Counted from the stretch's first letter, positions 25,498-37,281 are shown. The stretch is 63,112 nt of DNA from an uncultured Clostridia bacterium (GCA_937899735.1 CALBQZ010000164.1:1-63112), one strand, 5' to 3'. A program made the numbers and translations. Notes: generated from the letters alone by a model not told the origin.

Positions 25498-27630
25498 CTA
25501 TACACTCGGTCCTGTACTCACAGTCAATGAAATAGATTCATTAACAGAAAATCTTGTTGTTCCATCCGTTGCTGGAATCTGACCAATAACAGTACCCGCA
25601 GGGTATGTATTGCTTGGAGAACGGATATATTCAATATTCTTAAATCCAGCAGCATTAAGTTTTGCTGTAGCTATGTCTTTATCAAGTCCAACTACATCTA
25701 CAAGCACAACATAATCCTCAACTCCACTTACAACGGCAGGTAATTTTGTAAAGTCAATTTTACCCTTTTGTACTGGTGCATCATCTATAGTAACTGTATA
25801 TTCATTATTAGCACCACTGCCAGAAACTGAAATAATCTGAGTTGAACCACCAAGATACAATTCCTCTGATGTATATGCAAGAGTATTATTGATATAAACT
25901 TTTAAAATACCGGGTTTATTGATTGCAGGAAGTTTAACAGAAAGTTCAGCAATTGAATTTGATGGAATACCGTTACTGATTTCAATATCTATTGATGAAC
26001 CAGCAGGTACTTTTTCCCCTTCTTGTACAGACTGTGTAACAATAATGCCTGCTTCCTGGTCACTATTAACCTCTGTCACCTTGCCTAACACAAGTCCTTT
26101 TGCCAAAAGTTCTTGTTCGGCTTCATCTTTGCCAGAGCCAATAAGCTTTGGGACTTCAACCTCTTCCCTAACATCAGTTGCTATATACACTTTAACCGTT
26201 GTGCCAGGTTTTACAGCTGTACCCACTTCAGGTGATGTCTTTATAACATTACCCGGTTTTACCTTGTCTGAATACTCATTAATATACTGAGGTTTTAATT
26301 TGTGGGAAATAAGGTACTCGTCAGCATCAGCCTTTGACATACCAATAATTGATTTATCAATTATCTTTAAATCCTGATTATTAACGATTGTTAATGTAAT
26401 TTTTGACCCGACTTTTACTTTAGTATCTTCTTTAGGGTCCTGTTTAATAACAGTACCATTTTCGCGATTACCATCAACATCAAACTCGGTTACAAACTCA
26501 AAGTCCTCATATTTTTCGTTATCTTTAATGTCATTATAAAAGTTCATTCCATTAAAATTAGGAACCTCAACCTTGTTCTTAGAGCCAAATCCCCAAATAA
26601 AACCACCGATAATCAGTGCAAGGACAATGATACCTGCAATTGCACCTAACATAACTGCAGATGATTTATTCATAGATGATGTTTCTTCCTGCTGTGGTTC
26701 TCTATTAGAATAGCGTGACTCTCTAACAGTGTTATCGGATGTTGAACGTATATACTTTGTCGGTTCACTATCGACAAAATAAGTATAATTAAATTTTATA
26801 GATGGATTTCGTTTAAATTCATTTATATCAACAAGCATTTCTGCTGCTGAACGATATCTGCTTTGACGTGATTTCTGCATAGCACGAATTGTTATTTGCT
26901 CAAGACCTAAAGGAATTGAAGGGAAAATATCCCTTGGTCTTACAGGGTCCTGCTGAACCTGCATCAATGCAACAGAAACAGCACTATCACTTTGGAAAGG
27001 TAACTGTCCTGTGAGCATTTCATACATAACAACACCAACAGAATAAATATCTGCTTTTTCGTCGGTCATTTCGCCACGTGCCTGTTCAGGGCTGATATAA
27101 TGAACTGAACCTATTGCCTTATCAGAAATTGTGTTTACATCGGAACGACTGAAACGAGCAATACCAAAGTCAGTAACCTTGATTGTGCCATCCTGTAAAA
27201 GCATTATGTTCTGTGGTTTAATATCCTGATGAACAATACCTTTATCGTGGGCATGTTGCAATGCTGCGAGAATCTGACCAACAAAATGTACTGCTTCTTT
27301 CCAGTTAATAACACCCTGCTGTTCAATATATTCTTTCAAAGTGATGCCATCAACATATTCCATTACGATGTACTGAAGTCTGTCACCAAAACTAACATTA
27401 TAAACTCGTACAATGTTAGGGTGAGAAAGAACAGCAATAGCCTTTGATTCGTTTTTAAATCTTCGCTTAAGCTCCTCATTTGAAAGATATTCATCTTTTA
27501 AAATCTTTATTGCAACAATTCTATCGTCAATAATGTCATAGGCTTTATAAACAACAGCCATGCCGCCTACTCCAATAATTTCTCTTATCTCATATCGTCC
27601 GTCAAGACGTTTTCCACAAAAGTTATCCAT
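25498..27630 (-). CDS. prkC: Ser/Thr protein kinase with PASTA repeats
   Basis: ATG at 27630 (GGGAG 8 nt upstream). Hanks kinase motifs (GGMAVVYKA, HQDIKPQN, DFGIA), a TM segment, then PASTA repeats. Confidence 0.9.
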   Translation of the reverse strand: MDNFCGKRLDGRYEIREIIGVGGMAVVYKAYDIIDDRIVAIKILKDEYLSNEELKRRFKNESKAIAVLSHPNIVRVYNVSFGDRLQYIVMEYVDGITLKEYIEQQGVINWKEAVHFVGQILAALQHAHDKGIVHQDIKPQNIMLLQDGTIKVTDFGIARFSRSDVNTISDKAIGSVHYISPEQARGEMTDEKADIYSVGVVMYEMLTGQLPFQSDSAVSVALMQVQQDPVRPRDIFPSIPLGLEQITIRAMQKSRQSRYRSAAEMLVDINEFKRNPSIKFNYTYFVDSEPTKYIRSTSDNTVRESRYSNREPQQEETSSMNKSSAVMLGAIAGIIVLALIIGGFIWGFGSKNKVEVPNFNGMNFYNDIKDNEKYEDFEFVTEFDVDGNRENGTVIKQDPKEDTKVKVGSKITLTIVNNQDLKIIDKSIIGMSKADADEYLISHKLKPQYINEYSDKVKPGNVIKTSPEVGTAVKPGTTVKVYIATDVREEVEVPKLIGSGKDEAEQELLAKGLVLGKVTEVNSDQEAGIIVTQSVQEGEKVPAGSSIDIEISNGIPSNSIAELSVKLPAINKPGILKVYINNTLAYTSEELYLGGSTQIISVSGSGANNEYTVTIDDAPVQKGKIDFTKLPAVVSGVEDYVVLVDVVGLDKDIATAKLNAAGFKNIEYIRSPSNTYPAGTVIGQIPATDGTTRFSVNESISLTVSTGPSV

Positions 27631-27653
27631 TAATAAAGCTCCCTTCCGCAAAA

Positions 27654-28391
27654 TTAATATGCAACTGTAACAACTGTAACATTGTCACCGCCACCATTGT
27701 GATTTGCACAATTAACAAGTCTTTCAGTAAACTCGTAAAACTTACCATCTTCAGTTAATTTGTAGATTTCCTCAGGTGTAACATAATTTGTTAAACCATC
27801 AGTACAAATCAAAAGAACATCATCTTCGGAAATATCTTCTTCACAAAAATCTATTTTTAAATCTTCAGTAACACCAAGTGCTCTGGTAATAAGATTTTTA
27901 CGAGGGTCTTCACGTGCTTCATCAGGTGTAAGTTTTCCACTGTCAACCATTTCCTGTACAAAAGAATGGTCTTTGGTAAGTTGATGAAGTTTTCCTGAGG
28001 ATAAAATATAAGCTCTTGAATCACCTGCGTGTGCCACATAAACTCGTTCATCTGCCACAATAGCAACAACAACTGTTGTACCCATACCAGATAATTCAGG
28101 ATTACTCTTGCTCATCTCGTAAACACTAACGTTAGCAGCAATTATTGCCGACATAAACATATTTCTTATTGATGAAAAAGACATACCATGACGATATGAT
28201 GACGATATTCTCTCTGAGATAATCTTAACAGCAGTTGAGCTTGCTAAGTTACCACCATTTGAACCACCCATGCCATCACAAACAACAGCCCAGGCTACAG
28301 AACCCGGTAATTCACCAGCTGCATATGAGTCTTGGTTGCTAGTTCTTCTTAAACCAATATCTGTTTTTGCAACAATTTTCACTACAATCAC
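27654..28391 (-). CDS. stp: PP2C-family Ser/Thr phosphatase
   Basis: RTSNQDS, VCDGMGG, GDSR and CTDGL motifs. Confidence 0.9.
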   Translation of the reverse strand: MIVVKIVAKTDIGLRRTSNQDSYAAGELPGSVAWAVVCDGMGGSNGGNLASSTAVKIISERISSSYRHGMSFSSIRNMFMSAIIAANVSVYEMSKSNPELSGMGTTVVVAIVADERVYVAHAGDSRAYILSSGKLHQLTKDHSFVQEMVDSGKLTPDEAREDPRKNLITRALGVTEDLKIDFCEEDISEDDVLLICTDGLTNYVTPEEIYKLTEDGKFYEFTERLVNCANHNGGGDNVTVVTVAY

Positions 28392-29426
28392 CTACTTTTT
28401 ACGCTTTGATGCTCTGAGCTGTCCACAAGAAGCATATATATCACTACCAAGCGTTCTACGAACAGTAGCAGTAATTCCTCTTGACGACAGTATATCTATA
28501 AACCTTTTCTGTCTTTCGACAGAACTTTTTTCATAACTGGTTTCTCTGACATTATTGACTGGAATCAAGTTTACGTGACAAAGAGTACCTTTTAAACGAT
28601 TTGCCAATTCAGTAGCACACTCATCACTATCATTAATGCCTTTTATCATTGCATATTCAAATGAGATTCGTCTTCCGGTAAAATCAGAATAATACTTACA
28701 TGCTTTAAGCAATTCTTCAATATCATAAGATTTATTTATCGGCATTGACATTGACCTGATTTGATTATTGGGTGCATGTAAAGAAACTGACAAGGTAAGA
28801 CCATATTTTTTCTCAGCCAGTTCATAAATTCTAGGCACGACTCCACAGGTAGAAAGAGAAATATGACGCATACTCATATTCTGCCCTTTTTCGTCGGTTA
28901 TAAGTCCAAGCATTTTGATAACATTGTCATAATTATCAAGTGGCTCACCTGTTCCCATAAGAACAAGATGATTAATTTTAACATTCAAATCATTCTGGGC
29001 AGTATAAATTTCGGAAAGCATTTCACCAACACTCAACTGACGAACAAAGCCACCAATAGCAGAAGCACAGAATGTACAGCCCATTTTACAGCCAACCTGT
29101 GTTGAAATACAAATCGAGTAACCATATTTGTATTTCATGACAACACTTTCAACATATTCTCCATCAGGAAGAACAAAGAGATATTTAACTGTATCGTCAA
29201 TTTGTGAAACAAGTTTTGTATTTATCTTACAATTACTGATATAAAAATGATTACTTAACTGATTACGCATATCCTTTGATAAATTAGTCATCTCGTCAAA
29301 GGAATCAACACACTTTTCATGCACCCACGAAAAAACCTGGCTAACCCTGAATTTAGGAAATCCAAGGTTAATTATTTCAGTTGACATTTCATCATAATTC
29401 AATGAGCGTAAATCTTTTAACATCAA
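28392..29426 (-). CDS. rlmN: 23S rRNA/tRNA (adenine2503-C2)-methyltransferase, radical SAM
   Basis: CKMGCTFC radical-SAM cluster motif, GTGEPLDN and ASCGQL. Confidence 0.95.
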   Translation of the reverse strand: MMLKDLRSLNYDEMSTEIINLGFPKFRVSQVFSWVHEKCVDSFDEMTNLSKDMRNQLSNHFYISNCKINTKLVSQIDDTVKYLFVLPDGEYVESVVMKYKYGYSICISTQVGCKMGCTFCASAIGGFVRQLSVGEMLSEIYTAQNDLNVKINHLVLMGTGEPLDNYDNVIKMLGLITDEKGQNMSMRHISLSTCGVVPRIYELAEKKYGLTLSVSLHAPNNQIRSMSMPINKSYDIEELLKACKYYSDFTGRRISFEYAMIKGINDSDECATELANRLKGTLCHVNLIPVNNVRETSYEKSSVERQKRFIDILSSRGITATVRRTLGSDIYASCGQLRASKRKK

Positions 29427-29428
29427 AT

Positions 29429-30691
29429 CTATTCCTTAATAAATCTTGCAAAGAAAAAACCATCCGAGTCTTTATGTGGAATTAAAGTAACCATTGACTC
29501 AAGTTTAAAATTATTATGTTCATTTAAAAATCTATTACAGATATCATCGTTTTCACTTCTACTCAACGAGCAAGTTGAATAAACTAACACGCCTTTTTCT
29601 TTTAAATACAAAGACGCATTATTTAAAATATTATATTGCAAATCACATAATTTGTCAACAAAACTGAAGTCCTTGTACTTGATTTCAGGCTTTCTGCGAA
29701 TAACTCCAAGACCTGCACAGGGAACATCACACAAGACTTTATCAGCCTTTGGCAAGTCAGGGTTAAACACTGCTGCATCCCCTATCTGAGCATCAATTAT
29801 TGTAATTCCAAGTCGTTTTGCACTATCGTTAATCAGTTTAATTTTGTGTTCATACAAATCAAATGAATAAACCTTACCTTTATTATTCATTTTTTCAGCG
29901 ATAGTAAAGGATTTGCCTCCAGGAGCAGCACAAAGGTCAAATACTATGTCATTTTCTTGAGGGTTAAGACAATCAATGCAAGTCTGTGACGCCAAATCCT
30001 GAGCATGAAAATATCCTTTTTTATAACATTCTGTTTTAAATGCTGCACCACTAATAATCTCTAATGAATTTTCGTAATTTTCTACTTTTTTTGAGATAAC
30101 ATTCTCATTTTCAAGTTGAGAAATAAGCTCGTCTGTTGATATTTTTAAATTATTAACACGAATAAAAGTCGGTACTGAGCCTATTGATGATTCAAGTATT
30201 TTTTCAGCATCTATGTAACCATAATCATTAACATAATGTTCAACCAACTGTTCGGGACAAGAGTATTTTATGCTTAAATCATATGTTTTATCGACAGTTT
30301 CAGGTATGGAAACTTCCACTGTTGAAACTTTTCTTAAAACTGAATTTATAAGTCCTGATGCAAATGCACACTTAACCTTTTTAGATAATTTTACACTTTC
30401 GTTGACAGCAGCAGAGCTAGGAACTTTGTCCATATATTTTATCTGATAAACACCGATTCTTAAAAGTGTAAGAACTTGCGGATTCAATTTTTTGATAGGT
30501 TGAGTTAAAAATTTTGAAAGGATATAATCTATTGTAATTTTTCGTTCAAGGACACCATAAACCAAAGCACAAACAAAGGGTGCCGATGTTGCCTCGTTTT
30601 CATTGAGAACAGTATCAACAGTTATATTTGAATATGCTTTATCACGTTCTATTTTACTTAAAATTTTATATGCTAAAAATCTATCATCCAT
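29429..30691 (-). CDS. rsmB: 16S rRNA (cytosine967-C5)-methyltransferase
   Basis: NusB-like N-domain, DLCAAPGGKS SAM motif, DVPCAGLG and TCS catalytic cysteines. Confidence 0.9.
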   Translation of the reverse strand: MDDRFLAYKILSKIERDKAYSNITVDTVLNENEATSAPFVCALVYGVLERKITIDYILSKFLTQPIKKLNPQVLTLLRIGVYQIKYMDKVPSSAAVNESVKLSKKVKCAFASGLINSVLRKVSTVEVSIPETVDKTYDLSIKYSCPEQLVEHYVNDYGYIDAEKILESSIGSVPTFIRVNNLKISTDELISQLENENVISKKVENYENSLEIISGAAFKTECYKKGYFHAQDLASQTCIDCLNPQENDIVFDLCAAPGGKSFTIAEKMNNKGKVYSFDLYEHKIKLINDSAKRLGITIIDAQIGDAAVFNPDLPKADKVLCDVPCAGLGVIRRKPEIKYKDFSFVDKLCDLQYNILNNASLYLKEKGVLVYSTCSLSRSENDDICNRFLNEHNNFKLESMVTLIPHKDSDGFFFARFIKE

Positions 30692-30694
30692 ATT

Positions 30695-31402
30695 TTATTT
30701 TCTTCTTCTGTTAACTGTAAGGATTAAACGAAGTAAACTTGCAATACTCACTGCAAGAGATGCGACATAAGTCATTGCAGCTGCTGTTAAAACCTTTTTG
30801 GCGCCTGCTTTTTCTTCTTCACTTAAAATATCAGCATCGCCAATAACCTGAATAGCTCTTTTACTTGCATTAAATTCAACAGGAAGTGTAATAAGTTGAA
30901 ATAAAACAGCAAAAGAAAAGAATATCACACCTGCATAAGCAAGTGACGTAAATCCAAGGAAAAAGCCCAATACTGCCAAAGGAATTCCTAATTTTGAGCC
31001 AAGATTTGCCACCGGCAAAACAGTATTTCTGAGTTTAATCGGAGCATAATTCTGAGCATACTGTGCAGCATGACCTGCTTCATGACAAGCGACACCAATC
31101 GCAGCAACCGATGTTGAATTATATACATTATCCGATAATCTTATCACATTTGTTCTTGGGTCATAATGGTCTGTAAGATTGCCACTGACACGTTCAATTT
31201 TAACATCAGTTATCCCGTAGTGACGCAAAATTTCAAATGCAGCCTGTGCACCTGATAAACCTCTCTGAGACATAACCTTTGAATACTTTTTAAAAGATGA
31301 ATTAACTTTTGCAGATGCAATCATTGATAATATAATCATCGGCAAAACTAAAATCATATAATAATAATTCGATAAATAATAGTAGTCGAAATATCCGTTC
31401 AT
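30695..31402 (-). CDS. membrane zinc metallopeptidase (YugP/Zn_peptidase_2 family)
   Basis: HEAGHAAQ (HExxH) with flanking TM helices, 235 aa. Confidence 0.8.
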   Translation of the reverse strand: MNGYFDYYYLSNYYYMILVLPMIILSMIASAKVNSSFKKYSKVMSQRGLSGAQAAFEILRHYGITDVKIERVSGNLTDHYDPRTNVIRLSDNVYNSTSVAAIGVACHEAGHAAQYAQNYAPIKLRNTVLPVANLGSKLGIPLAVLGFFLGFTSLAYAGVIFFSFAVLFQLITLPVEFNASKRAIQVIGDADILSEEEKAGAKKVLTAAAMTYVASLAVSIASLLRLILTVNRRRK

Positions 31403-31404
31403 AA

Positions 31405-32337
31405 TTACTCTCCTACGATAATTCCTTTTTCTAACTTGTGACCTCTTAAGAAACTTGCAGCATCTGTCTTTCGTTTACCTTCTGCCTGAATCTCAAGAAT
31501 TTCAATGACATTTCCGTCTCCACACATACAAACAAGTCTGTTATTATTATCTACTATTTCTCCCACTTTTCCACCGAATTTCTCTGTTAATAACTGGGAT
31601 GAATGAATTTTGAAATTTTTACCTGAAATTTTTGTTGTGGCAACCGGCCAAGGTGACAATCCACGAATTTGATTATGAACTTCCTGAGCCGATTTATTGA
31701 AATCAATAGGACACAATTCTTTAGAAAGCATTGATGCATAATTTGAAAGTTTGTCATCCTGCTTTTCAGGATGAAGATTACCTTTTTTAAGTTCACTGAT
31801 TGTTTCAATTAAAATTTCAGCACCAATAATAGAAAGCTTGTCGTGAAGCTCTCCTGCGTTCATGTTTTCTGTGATTTTAACTGTTTTTTTTAAGAGCATA
31901 TCGCCTGTATCAAGACCAACATCCATCTGCATTGATGTTACACCAGTCTCTTTTTCGCCATTGATAATACTCCATTGTATTGGAGCAGCACCACGAAGCT
32001 TTGGAAGCAGTGATGCGTGAATGTTAATACATCCATATTTAACACTTTCAAGAATTTCTTTTGGCAAAATCTTACCAAATGCAACAACTATGATTAAATC
32101 TGCATTAAGAGAATTAATAATCTCCAACGCCACTCCATCTCGCATTGATGAAGGCTGAAAAACGGGAATATTATTTTCAACTGCACAAACTTTAACTGGT
32201 GGTGGAGTTAATTCATATCCCCTGCCTTTTGGTTTATCAGGTTGAGTAAAAACGCCAACAACCTCATCACCGCTATCTATAAGTGCTTGTAAACAAGGTA
32301 CAGAAAAATCAGGTGTACCCATAAAGATTATACGCAT
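31405..32337 (-). CDS. fmt: methionyl-tRNA formyltransferase
   Basis: MRIIFMGTPDFSV, NIHASLLPKLRGAAPIQ. Confidence 0.95.
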   Translation of the reverse strand: MRIIFMGTPDFSVPCLQALIDSGDEVVGVFTQPDKPKGRGYELTPPPVKVCAVENNIPVFQPSSMRDGVALEIINSLNADLIIVVAFGKILPKEILESVKYGCINIHASLLPKLRGAAPIQWSIINGEKETGVTSMQMDVGLDTGDMLLKKTVKITENMNAGELHDKLSIIGAEILIETISELKKGNLHPEKQDDKLSNYASMLSKELCPIDFNKSAQEVHNQIRGLSPWPVATTKISGKNFKIHSSQLLTEKFGGKVGEIVDNNNRLVCMCGDGNVIEILEIQAEGKRKTDAASFLRGHKLEKGIIVGE

Positions 32338-32341
32338 AGAA

Positions 32342-32812
32342 TCAGTCCTCTTTGTATTCGTCTATTTCTGCTTGTGTGCAAAGTTTATCAATGTATAAAG
32401 TACCATCAAGATGGTCAATTTCATGACAAAATGCTTTCGCTTTAAGTTCAGTACCTTTATAAACACACCAGTTACCATTTCTGTTCTGTGCTTTAACTTT
32501 TACAGTCATTGGTCTCAATGTATAACCTGATTTTCCAGGTAATGAAAGACAACCCTCAACACCAAACTGTTCACCCTCAACCTCGATGATTTCAGGGTTA
32601 ATAAGTTCAATTAAACCGTCACCAACATCAACGATAACAACTCTTTTTAATATACCAACCTGTACAGCAGCAAGACCAACACCCTCTGCCTGATACATAG
32701 TATCTTTCATATCGTCGAGTAAGAGCCAAAGTTTTTCATCAAAATTCTCAACTACTCTGCTCTTCTTTCTTAAAATTGGGTCTTCATCTACTCTTATGTT
32801 TCTTATAGCCAT
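32342..32812 (-). CDS. def: peptide deformylase
   Basis: [13 protein letters not shown] and HEIDH motifs. Confidence 0.95.
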   Translation of the reverse strand: MAIRNIRVDEDPILRKKSRVVENFDEKLWLLLDDMKDTMYQAEGVGLAAVQVGILKRVVIVDVGDGLIELINPEIIEVEGEQFGVEGCLSLPGKSGYTLRPMTVKVKAQNRNGNWCVYKGTELKAKAFCHEIDHLDGTLYIDKLCTQAEIDEYKED

Positions 32813-32823
32813 TTCAAATCTCC

Positions 32824-35271
32824 TTATAATATGCTTTCAGGATTTATATCTGCATAAATACTCACATTATCATATTTCTTATCCTGAGCAAATTGTTTTA
32901 ACAACTCACTTATCATTTTTCTGAAATCAGGTGAGTTCTTACATTTTATTATTATTCTTTCCCTGAATTTACCACCAAGCTTTGAAACTCTTGGTGTAAC
33001 CGGACCGAGAACGATTATGCTGTTATTTTTATAGCTTTTTGAATGAATCTCTTTTAACTGATTTAAAAAATCAACGGATGCTTTTTTAGTTGCATATTCC
33101 ACACCTGATGTGAATCCGATAACACATATATCGCAAAATGGCGGATAAATCATTGCTTTACGCATTGGCAACTCAACATCAAAAAAGGACTCATAATCCT
33201 GCTCTTTTGCCATTGTAACAATTTCACTGTCCGGAAAAGATGTCTGTATATAAGCCTTCCCCGGAAAAACTCCTCTACCACTTCGTCCAACAACCTGGGT
33301 TATCAAATCAAAGGCTCTTTCACCACTTTTATAATCATCATTATAAAGCATCTGGTCAATATTCAAAACACCAACAAGAGTTACATTTGGAAAATTAAGT
33401 CCTTTAGCAACCATTTGTGTTCCAACAAGAATATCGTATTCACCGTTACCAAAACTATTGAAGTTCTTTTCAAAGGAATATCTGGAAGATGTTGTATCCG
33501 TATCCATTCTCAGAATTCTTGCTTCAGGCACAATCTGACTTAATTCTTCCTCAAGCTTTTGAGTACCGGTTCCACTAAATTTAACAGTGTCATTGTTACA
33601 ATTACTGCATTTTTTTGAAAAAGGAACAGAATAACCACAGTAATGACACATAAGACGGCCATTTTTAATATGGTAGGTCAGAGAAATGCTACAATTCGGG
33701 CAGGTTGCAACAGTACCACATTCTGTACAATGTGCATAAGTATTATAACCACGTCTGTTAAGCAACAAAATCGACTGTTTGCCATTTTCATAGTTTGATT
33801 TAAGCTCTTCAGCAAGATGTTTGCTTATGTTTTCCATAAACATATCACTCTGATACGTTGTATCGATGGTCTTTACATCAGGTAAAACAGCATTACCATA
33901 TCTGTTTTCAAGCATAAATAAAGAATATGAGCCATTTTTTGCTTTTGTGTATGTATCAATAGTTGGTGTTGCAGAGGATAAAACTAATAGTCCGTTATGA
34001 CATCCTACACGATAACGAGCAACATCTTTTGCGTTATATCTCGGTGACATTTCGGATTTATATGTATGTTCCTGCTCTTCATCGATAATTATAAGTCCTA
34101 TATCATCAAAAGGAGCAAAAACTGCAGAACGAGTACCTATTGCAATTTGTGCATCGCCATTTTTTACTCGTTTCCACTCATCAAGGCGTTGTCCCAAGGA
34201 AAGAGCACTGTGAAAAACAGCAACCTTGTCACCATATCTGCTATAAAACAGTGAAAGCATTTGAGGTGTTAACGATATTTCAGGAATCATTACAATAATT
34301 CCTCTGTCTGTTTTTAAAGCATCGTCTATAAGTTTCAAATAGACCTGTGTTTTACCGCTTCCGGTAACACCAAATAACAATGCACCTTTGGGTTTATTCT
34401 CATTAAACAGACTTAACAGACCTTCATAAGCTTGTGTTTGTTCTTTTGAAAGAACAATCTCTGATATCTCACCATTTTCATCATAATCATAAGGCTTTCG
34501 GAAAATCTCATCCTCAAAAACTCTGATAATATTCTTGTTCTCAAGCGCAGAAATCACCGCAGAAGAGAAACCTGTAAAATAGCATAATTCTTTTACAGAT
34601 ACAATACCTACATCCGAAAGAATCTTTACAACTTCTTTCTGTTTTTTTGTTAAATTATCGATTTCTGCACTTTCAGGGTCAACAATTAACTCTACCATCT
34701 TAATTGTTGCATCATTCATTTTACGTTGTGCATCAACATTCTTTAAAAGAATGCCTTTATCAACCATTTTGTCGAGAATTGATATCTTTTTCAGGCCACA
34801 AGATGAAACAATCAAATCGCTATTTACAAAGTTTCTCTTGTTTAGTAAATAATCGTAAACACTCTTTTCTGTTTCGTCAGAAATCTCATCATTTAAGTCT
34901 GGATTAACTGCGTAAAGCATATTAACTGACATAAGTAAACCATACGGTAAAAACAACTTACACGCATCAAAATAGGTGCAAAAGCACATATCGTGTATAT
35001 AATTTGCTGTTTTAAGCATCTCACGAGTCAACAAAGGTTCACTGTCAATTATAGAGTCAATCTTTTTGAGTTTTTTAGATGTTTCCTGAATATTTTCCTT
35101 ACTGAAAACAATACCAATTCTTTTTTTTGATGAGTTTCCAAATGGAACTAGCACTCTTTTTCCTGGCAAAACATCAGAAAACAAAAAATCGGGTACAGAA
35201 TACTCAAACAACATGTCAAAAGAATATGCTGTGTTTTCAACAGCAACCTTTACAACAGTTAAACCGTTCAT
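32824..35271 (-). CDS. priA: primosomal replication-restart helicase PriA
   Basis: GVTGSGKT Walker A, DEEQ box, and a Cys-rich zinc insertion (CTECG..CPNC..CHYCG..CSNC). Confidence 0.95.
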   Translation of the reverse strand: MNGLTVVKVAVENTAYSFDMLFEYSVPDFLFSDVLPGKRVLVPFGNSSKKRIGIVFSKENIQETSKKLKKIDSIIDSEPLLTREMLKTANYIHDMCFCTYFDACKLFLPYGLLMSVNMLYAVNPDLNDEISDETEKSVYDYLLNKRNFVNSDLIVSSCGLKKISILDKMVDKGILLKNVDAQRKMNDATIKMVELIVDPESAEIDNLTKKQKEVVKILSDVGIVSVKELCYFTGFSSAVISALENKNIIRVFEDEIFRKPYDYDENGEISEIVLSKEQTQAYEGLLSLFNENKPKGALLFGVTGSGKTQVYLKLIDDALKTDRGIIVMIPEISLTPQMLSLFYSRYGDKVAVFHSALSLGQRLDEWKRVKNGDAQIAIGTRSAVFAPFDDIGLIIIDEEQEHTYKSEMSPRYNAKDVARYRVGCHNGLLVLSSATPTIDTYTKAKNGSYSLFMLENRYGNAVLPDVKTIDTTYQSDMFMENISKHLAEELKSNYENGKQSILLLNRRGYNTYAHCTECGTVATCPNCSISLTYHIKNGRLMCHYCGYSVPFSKKCSNCNNDTVKFSGTGTQKLEEELSQIVPEARILRMDTDTTSSRYSFEKNFNSFGNGEYDILVGTQMVAKGLNFPNVTLVGVLNIDQMLYNDDYKSGERAFDLITQVVGRSGRGVFPGKAYIQTSFPDSEIVTMAKEQDYESFFDVELPMRKAMIYPPFCDICVIGFTSGVEYATKKASVDFLNQLKEIHSKSYKNNSIIVLGPVTPRVSKLGGKFRERIIIKCKNSPDFRKMISELLKQFAQDKKYDNVSIYADINPESIL

Positions 35272-35309
35272 ACTCTGCCCCCTCTCTTTTATTCTATTAG
35301 GTTTATAAA

Positions 35310-35519
35310 TTAAAGAGCTTTAACTTCCTCTGATTCAACAACCTCGAACTGACCGTTAATAATTTCATCCAATGCAATACTAACTGGCTTTTCGTTAAGA
35401 ATCTCTCCATTTTCCTGAGCTTCAGATGAGATTTCTCTTGCTCTCTTTGCAACAGCTGTTACAAGTGAATATCTGCTTTTATTGTTTGCAAGTACTTTTC
35501 TTAAATCTGGATTAAACAT
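35310..35519 (-). CDS. rpoZ: DNA-directed RNA polymerase subunit omega
   Basis: 69 aa with SRYSLVTAVAKRAREI. Positioned after gmk as in Bacillus. Confidence 0.85.
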   Translation of the reverse strand: MFNPDLRKVLANNKSRYSLVTAVAKRAREISSEAQENGEILNEKPVSIALDEIINGQFEVVESEEVKAL

Positions 35520-35552
35520 TATTTATTACCTCACTAGTTTTATTTTTAATAA

Positions 35553-36113
35553 TTATAAGTTGTTAACGATAGCAATTACCTTATCAGAAGCAATGTCTAA
35601 ATCGTCATTAATTACAATAAAGTCGTAGTCCTTACTTCTCTCAACTTCGCCTCTTGCGATGTCGAGTCTTTTCTTTATATCATCTTCACTTTCAGTACCT
35701 CTTGAACGAAGACGATTTTCAAGCTCCTCCATGGATGGTGGTAAAACAAAAATTGAAACTGAATCAGGATACAACTCCTTGATTTTCGAAGCCCCTTGAA
35801 CTTCAATTTTCAATATTACAGTTTTCCCCTCACCAAGCCACTCATCAATTGGTGCTTTGGGTGTACCGTAGAAGTTGGAACCATACTTTGCATATTCAAG
35901 AACCTGACCTTTACTAATCATATCCTCAAATTTTTCAGATGATATAAAGTAATAGTCTTTACCATCAACTTCATTCTCACGAATTTCTCTTGTTGTCAAT
36001 GAAATAGACTTTTGAAGATTCTTATCCTTGTTCAAAACTATATCAAGGACAGTATCCTTACCAACACCTGATGGACCTGAAAAAAGAACAAGAACTCCTT
36101 TTTTATTCCCCAT
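35553..36113 (-). CDS. gmk: guanylate kinase
   Basis: ATG at 36113 (GAGGGG 7 nt upstream) and [11 protein letters not shown]-loop. Overlaps the remA stop by 11 nt. Confidence 0.95.
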   Translation of the reverse strand: MGNKKGVLVLFSGPSGVGKDTVLDIVLNKDKNLQKSISLTTREIRENEVDGKDYYFISSEKFEDMISKGQVLEYAKYGSNFYGTPKAPIDEWLGEGKTVILKIEVQGASKIKELYPDSVSIFVLPPSMEELENRLRSRGTESEDDIKKRLDIARGEVERSKDYDFIVINDDLDIASDKVIAIVNNL

Positions 36114-36369
36114 AACCTGACCCCTCTGTTTCATCAATGTTGTCTAATCGATTCAGGATGGTCTCTGCTTTAAGATATGTAGAAACAACATGGTCACTAT
36201 CCATAATAAGAACTGCCTGTGTTTTTCTTCCCTGAGTAGCATCAATCAGCATTCTTTTTTCTTTTGCTTCCGAAATAATTCTTTTAATTGGTGCAGAGTC
36301 AGTTGAAACAATAGCAATTACCCTATCAGCATTAACTGCATTACCAAATCCCACATTGATTAATTTCAT
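36103..36369 (-). CDS. remA: RemA/YlzA (DUF370) biofilm-matrix regulator family protein
   Basis: [34 protein letters not shown] is close to B. subtilis RemA. Confidence 0.85.
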   Translation of the reverse strand: MKLINVGFGNAVNADRVIAIVSTDSAPIKRIISEAKEKRMLIDATQGRKTQAVLIMDSDHVVSTYLKAETILNRLDNIDETEGSGYGE

Positions 36370-36378
36370 TAAAATACC

Positions 36379-37263
36379 TCATTCAATATTCTGAATCTGT
36401 TCTCTTATTTTTTCGATTTCAGCTTTAATATCAATAACATTTCGAGCTATCGCCACATCCTGTGCTTTTGAACCGATAGTATTTGCCTCACGATTCATTT
36501 CCTGAACCAAGAAATCAGTTTTTCTTCCCACAGCATCGTCACTATTAAGGAATTGTCTTAACTGGTCAATATGGCTTCTTAGTCTTACTGTTTCTTCAGC
36601 AACGGCAACCTTATCAGCAAAAATTGCACATTCTGCAAGAAGTCTTTGTTCATCAACCTGAACATCCGATAAAAACTCATTGATTCTTGCAAGTAACTTA
36701 TCGTTATACTCTTTTACGGTTTCAGGTGAACGTTCTTCAATAAGAGATACTTTTTCAAGAATAAAATCAGCACGTGAAAGAACATCGTTCTTAAGCTTTT
36801 CACCCTCTGTTTCACGCATAAGAATGAATTTATCAACTGCAGCAGAAACTACTTCCTTGACTGCTTTCCAGATTTTATCTTCATCTGCTTCCTTCTTATG
36901 AATTGTGAAAATATCGTTATATCTCGCAAGTGATGACATTGCCAAATCATCACGAAGATTAAGTTCATTTCTTTCAGCAAGCTCTTTCAATGCATTTAAG
37001 TAAGATGCTGCCAATGAATGATTTACTAAAATCTCAACTTCGTCATCTTCAAGGTTTTCGATTGAAACATAACATTCAACCTTACCACGAGAAACTCTTG
37101 AGCCAACATAGGATTTTAATTTTTCTTCAAGAAAGCCATAGCTTCTTGGAACACGTGAATTGAACTCAAAATATCTGTGATTAACACTTTTGATTTCAAC
37201 TGTAATGCTCATTGTTTCGATAACGGCCTGTGCTCTGCCATAACCTGTCATACTTCTAATCAT
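36379..37263 (-). CDS. yicC: YicC/YloC family endoribonuclease
   Basis: MIRSMTGYGRA N-terminus, C-terminal FLVQEMNREANTIGSKA. Confidence 0.85.
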   Translation of the reverse strand: MIRSMTGYGRAQAVIETMSITVEIKSVNHRYFEFNSRVPRSYGFLEEKLKSYVGSRVSRGKVECYVSIENLEDDEVEILVNHSLAASYLNALKELAERNELNLRDDLAMSSLARYNDIFTIHKKEADEDKIWKAVKEVVSAAVDKFILMRETEGEKLKNDVLSRADFILEKVSLIEERSPETVKEYNDKLLARINEFLSDVQVDEQRLLAECAIFADKVAVAEETVRLRSHIDQLRQFLNSDDAVGRKTDFLVQEMNREANTIGSKAQDVAIARNVIDIKAEIEKIREQIQNIE

Positions 37264-37281
37264 TATATCACTCCAAACGAA

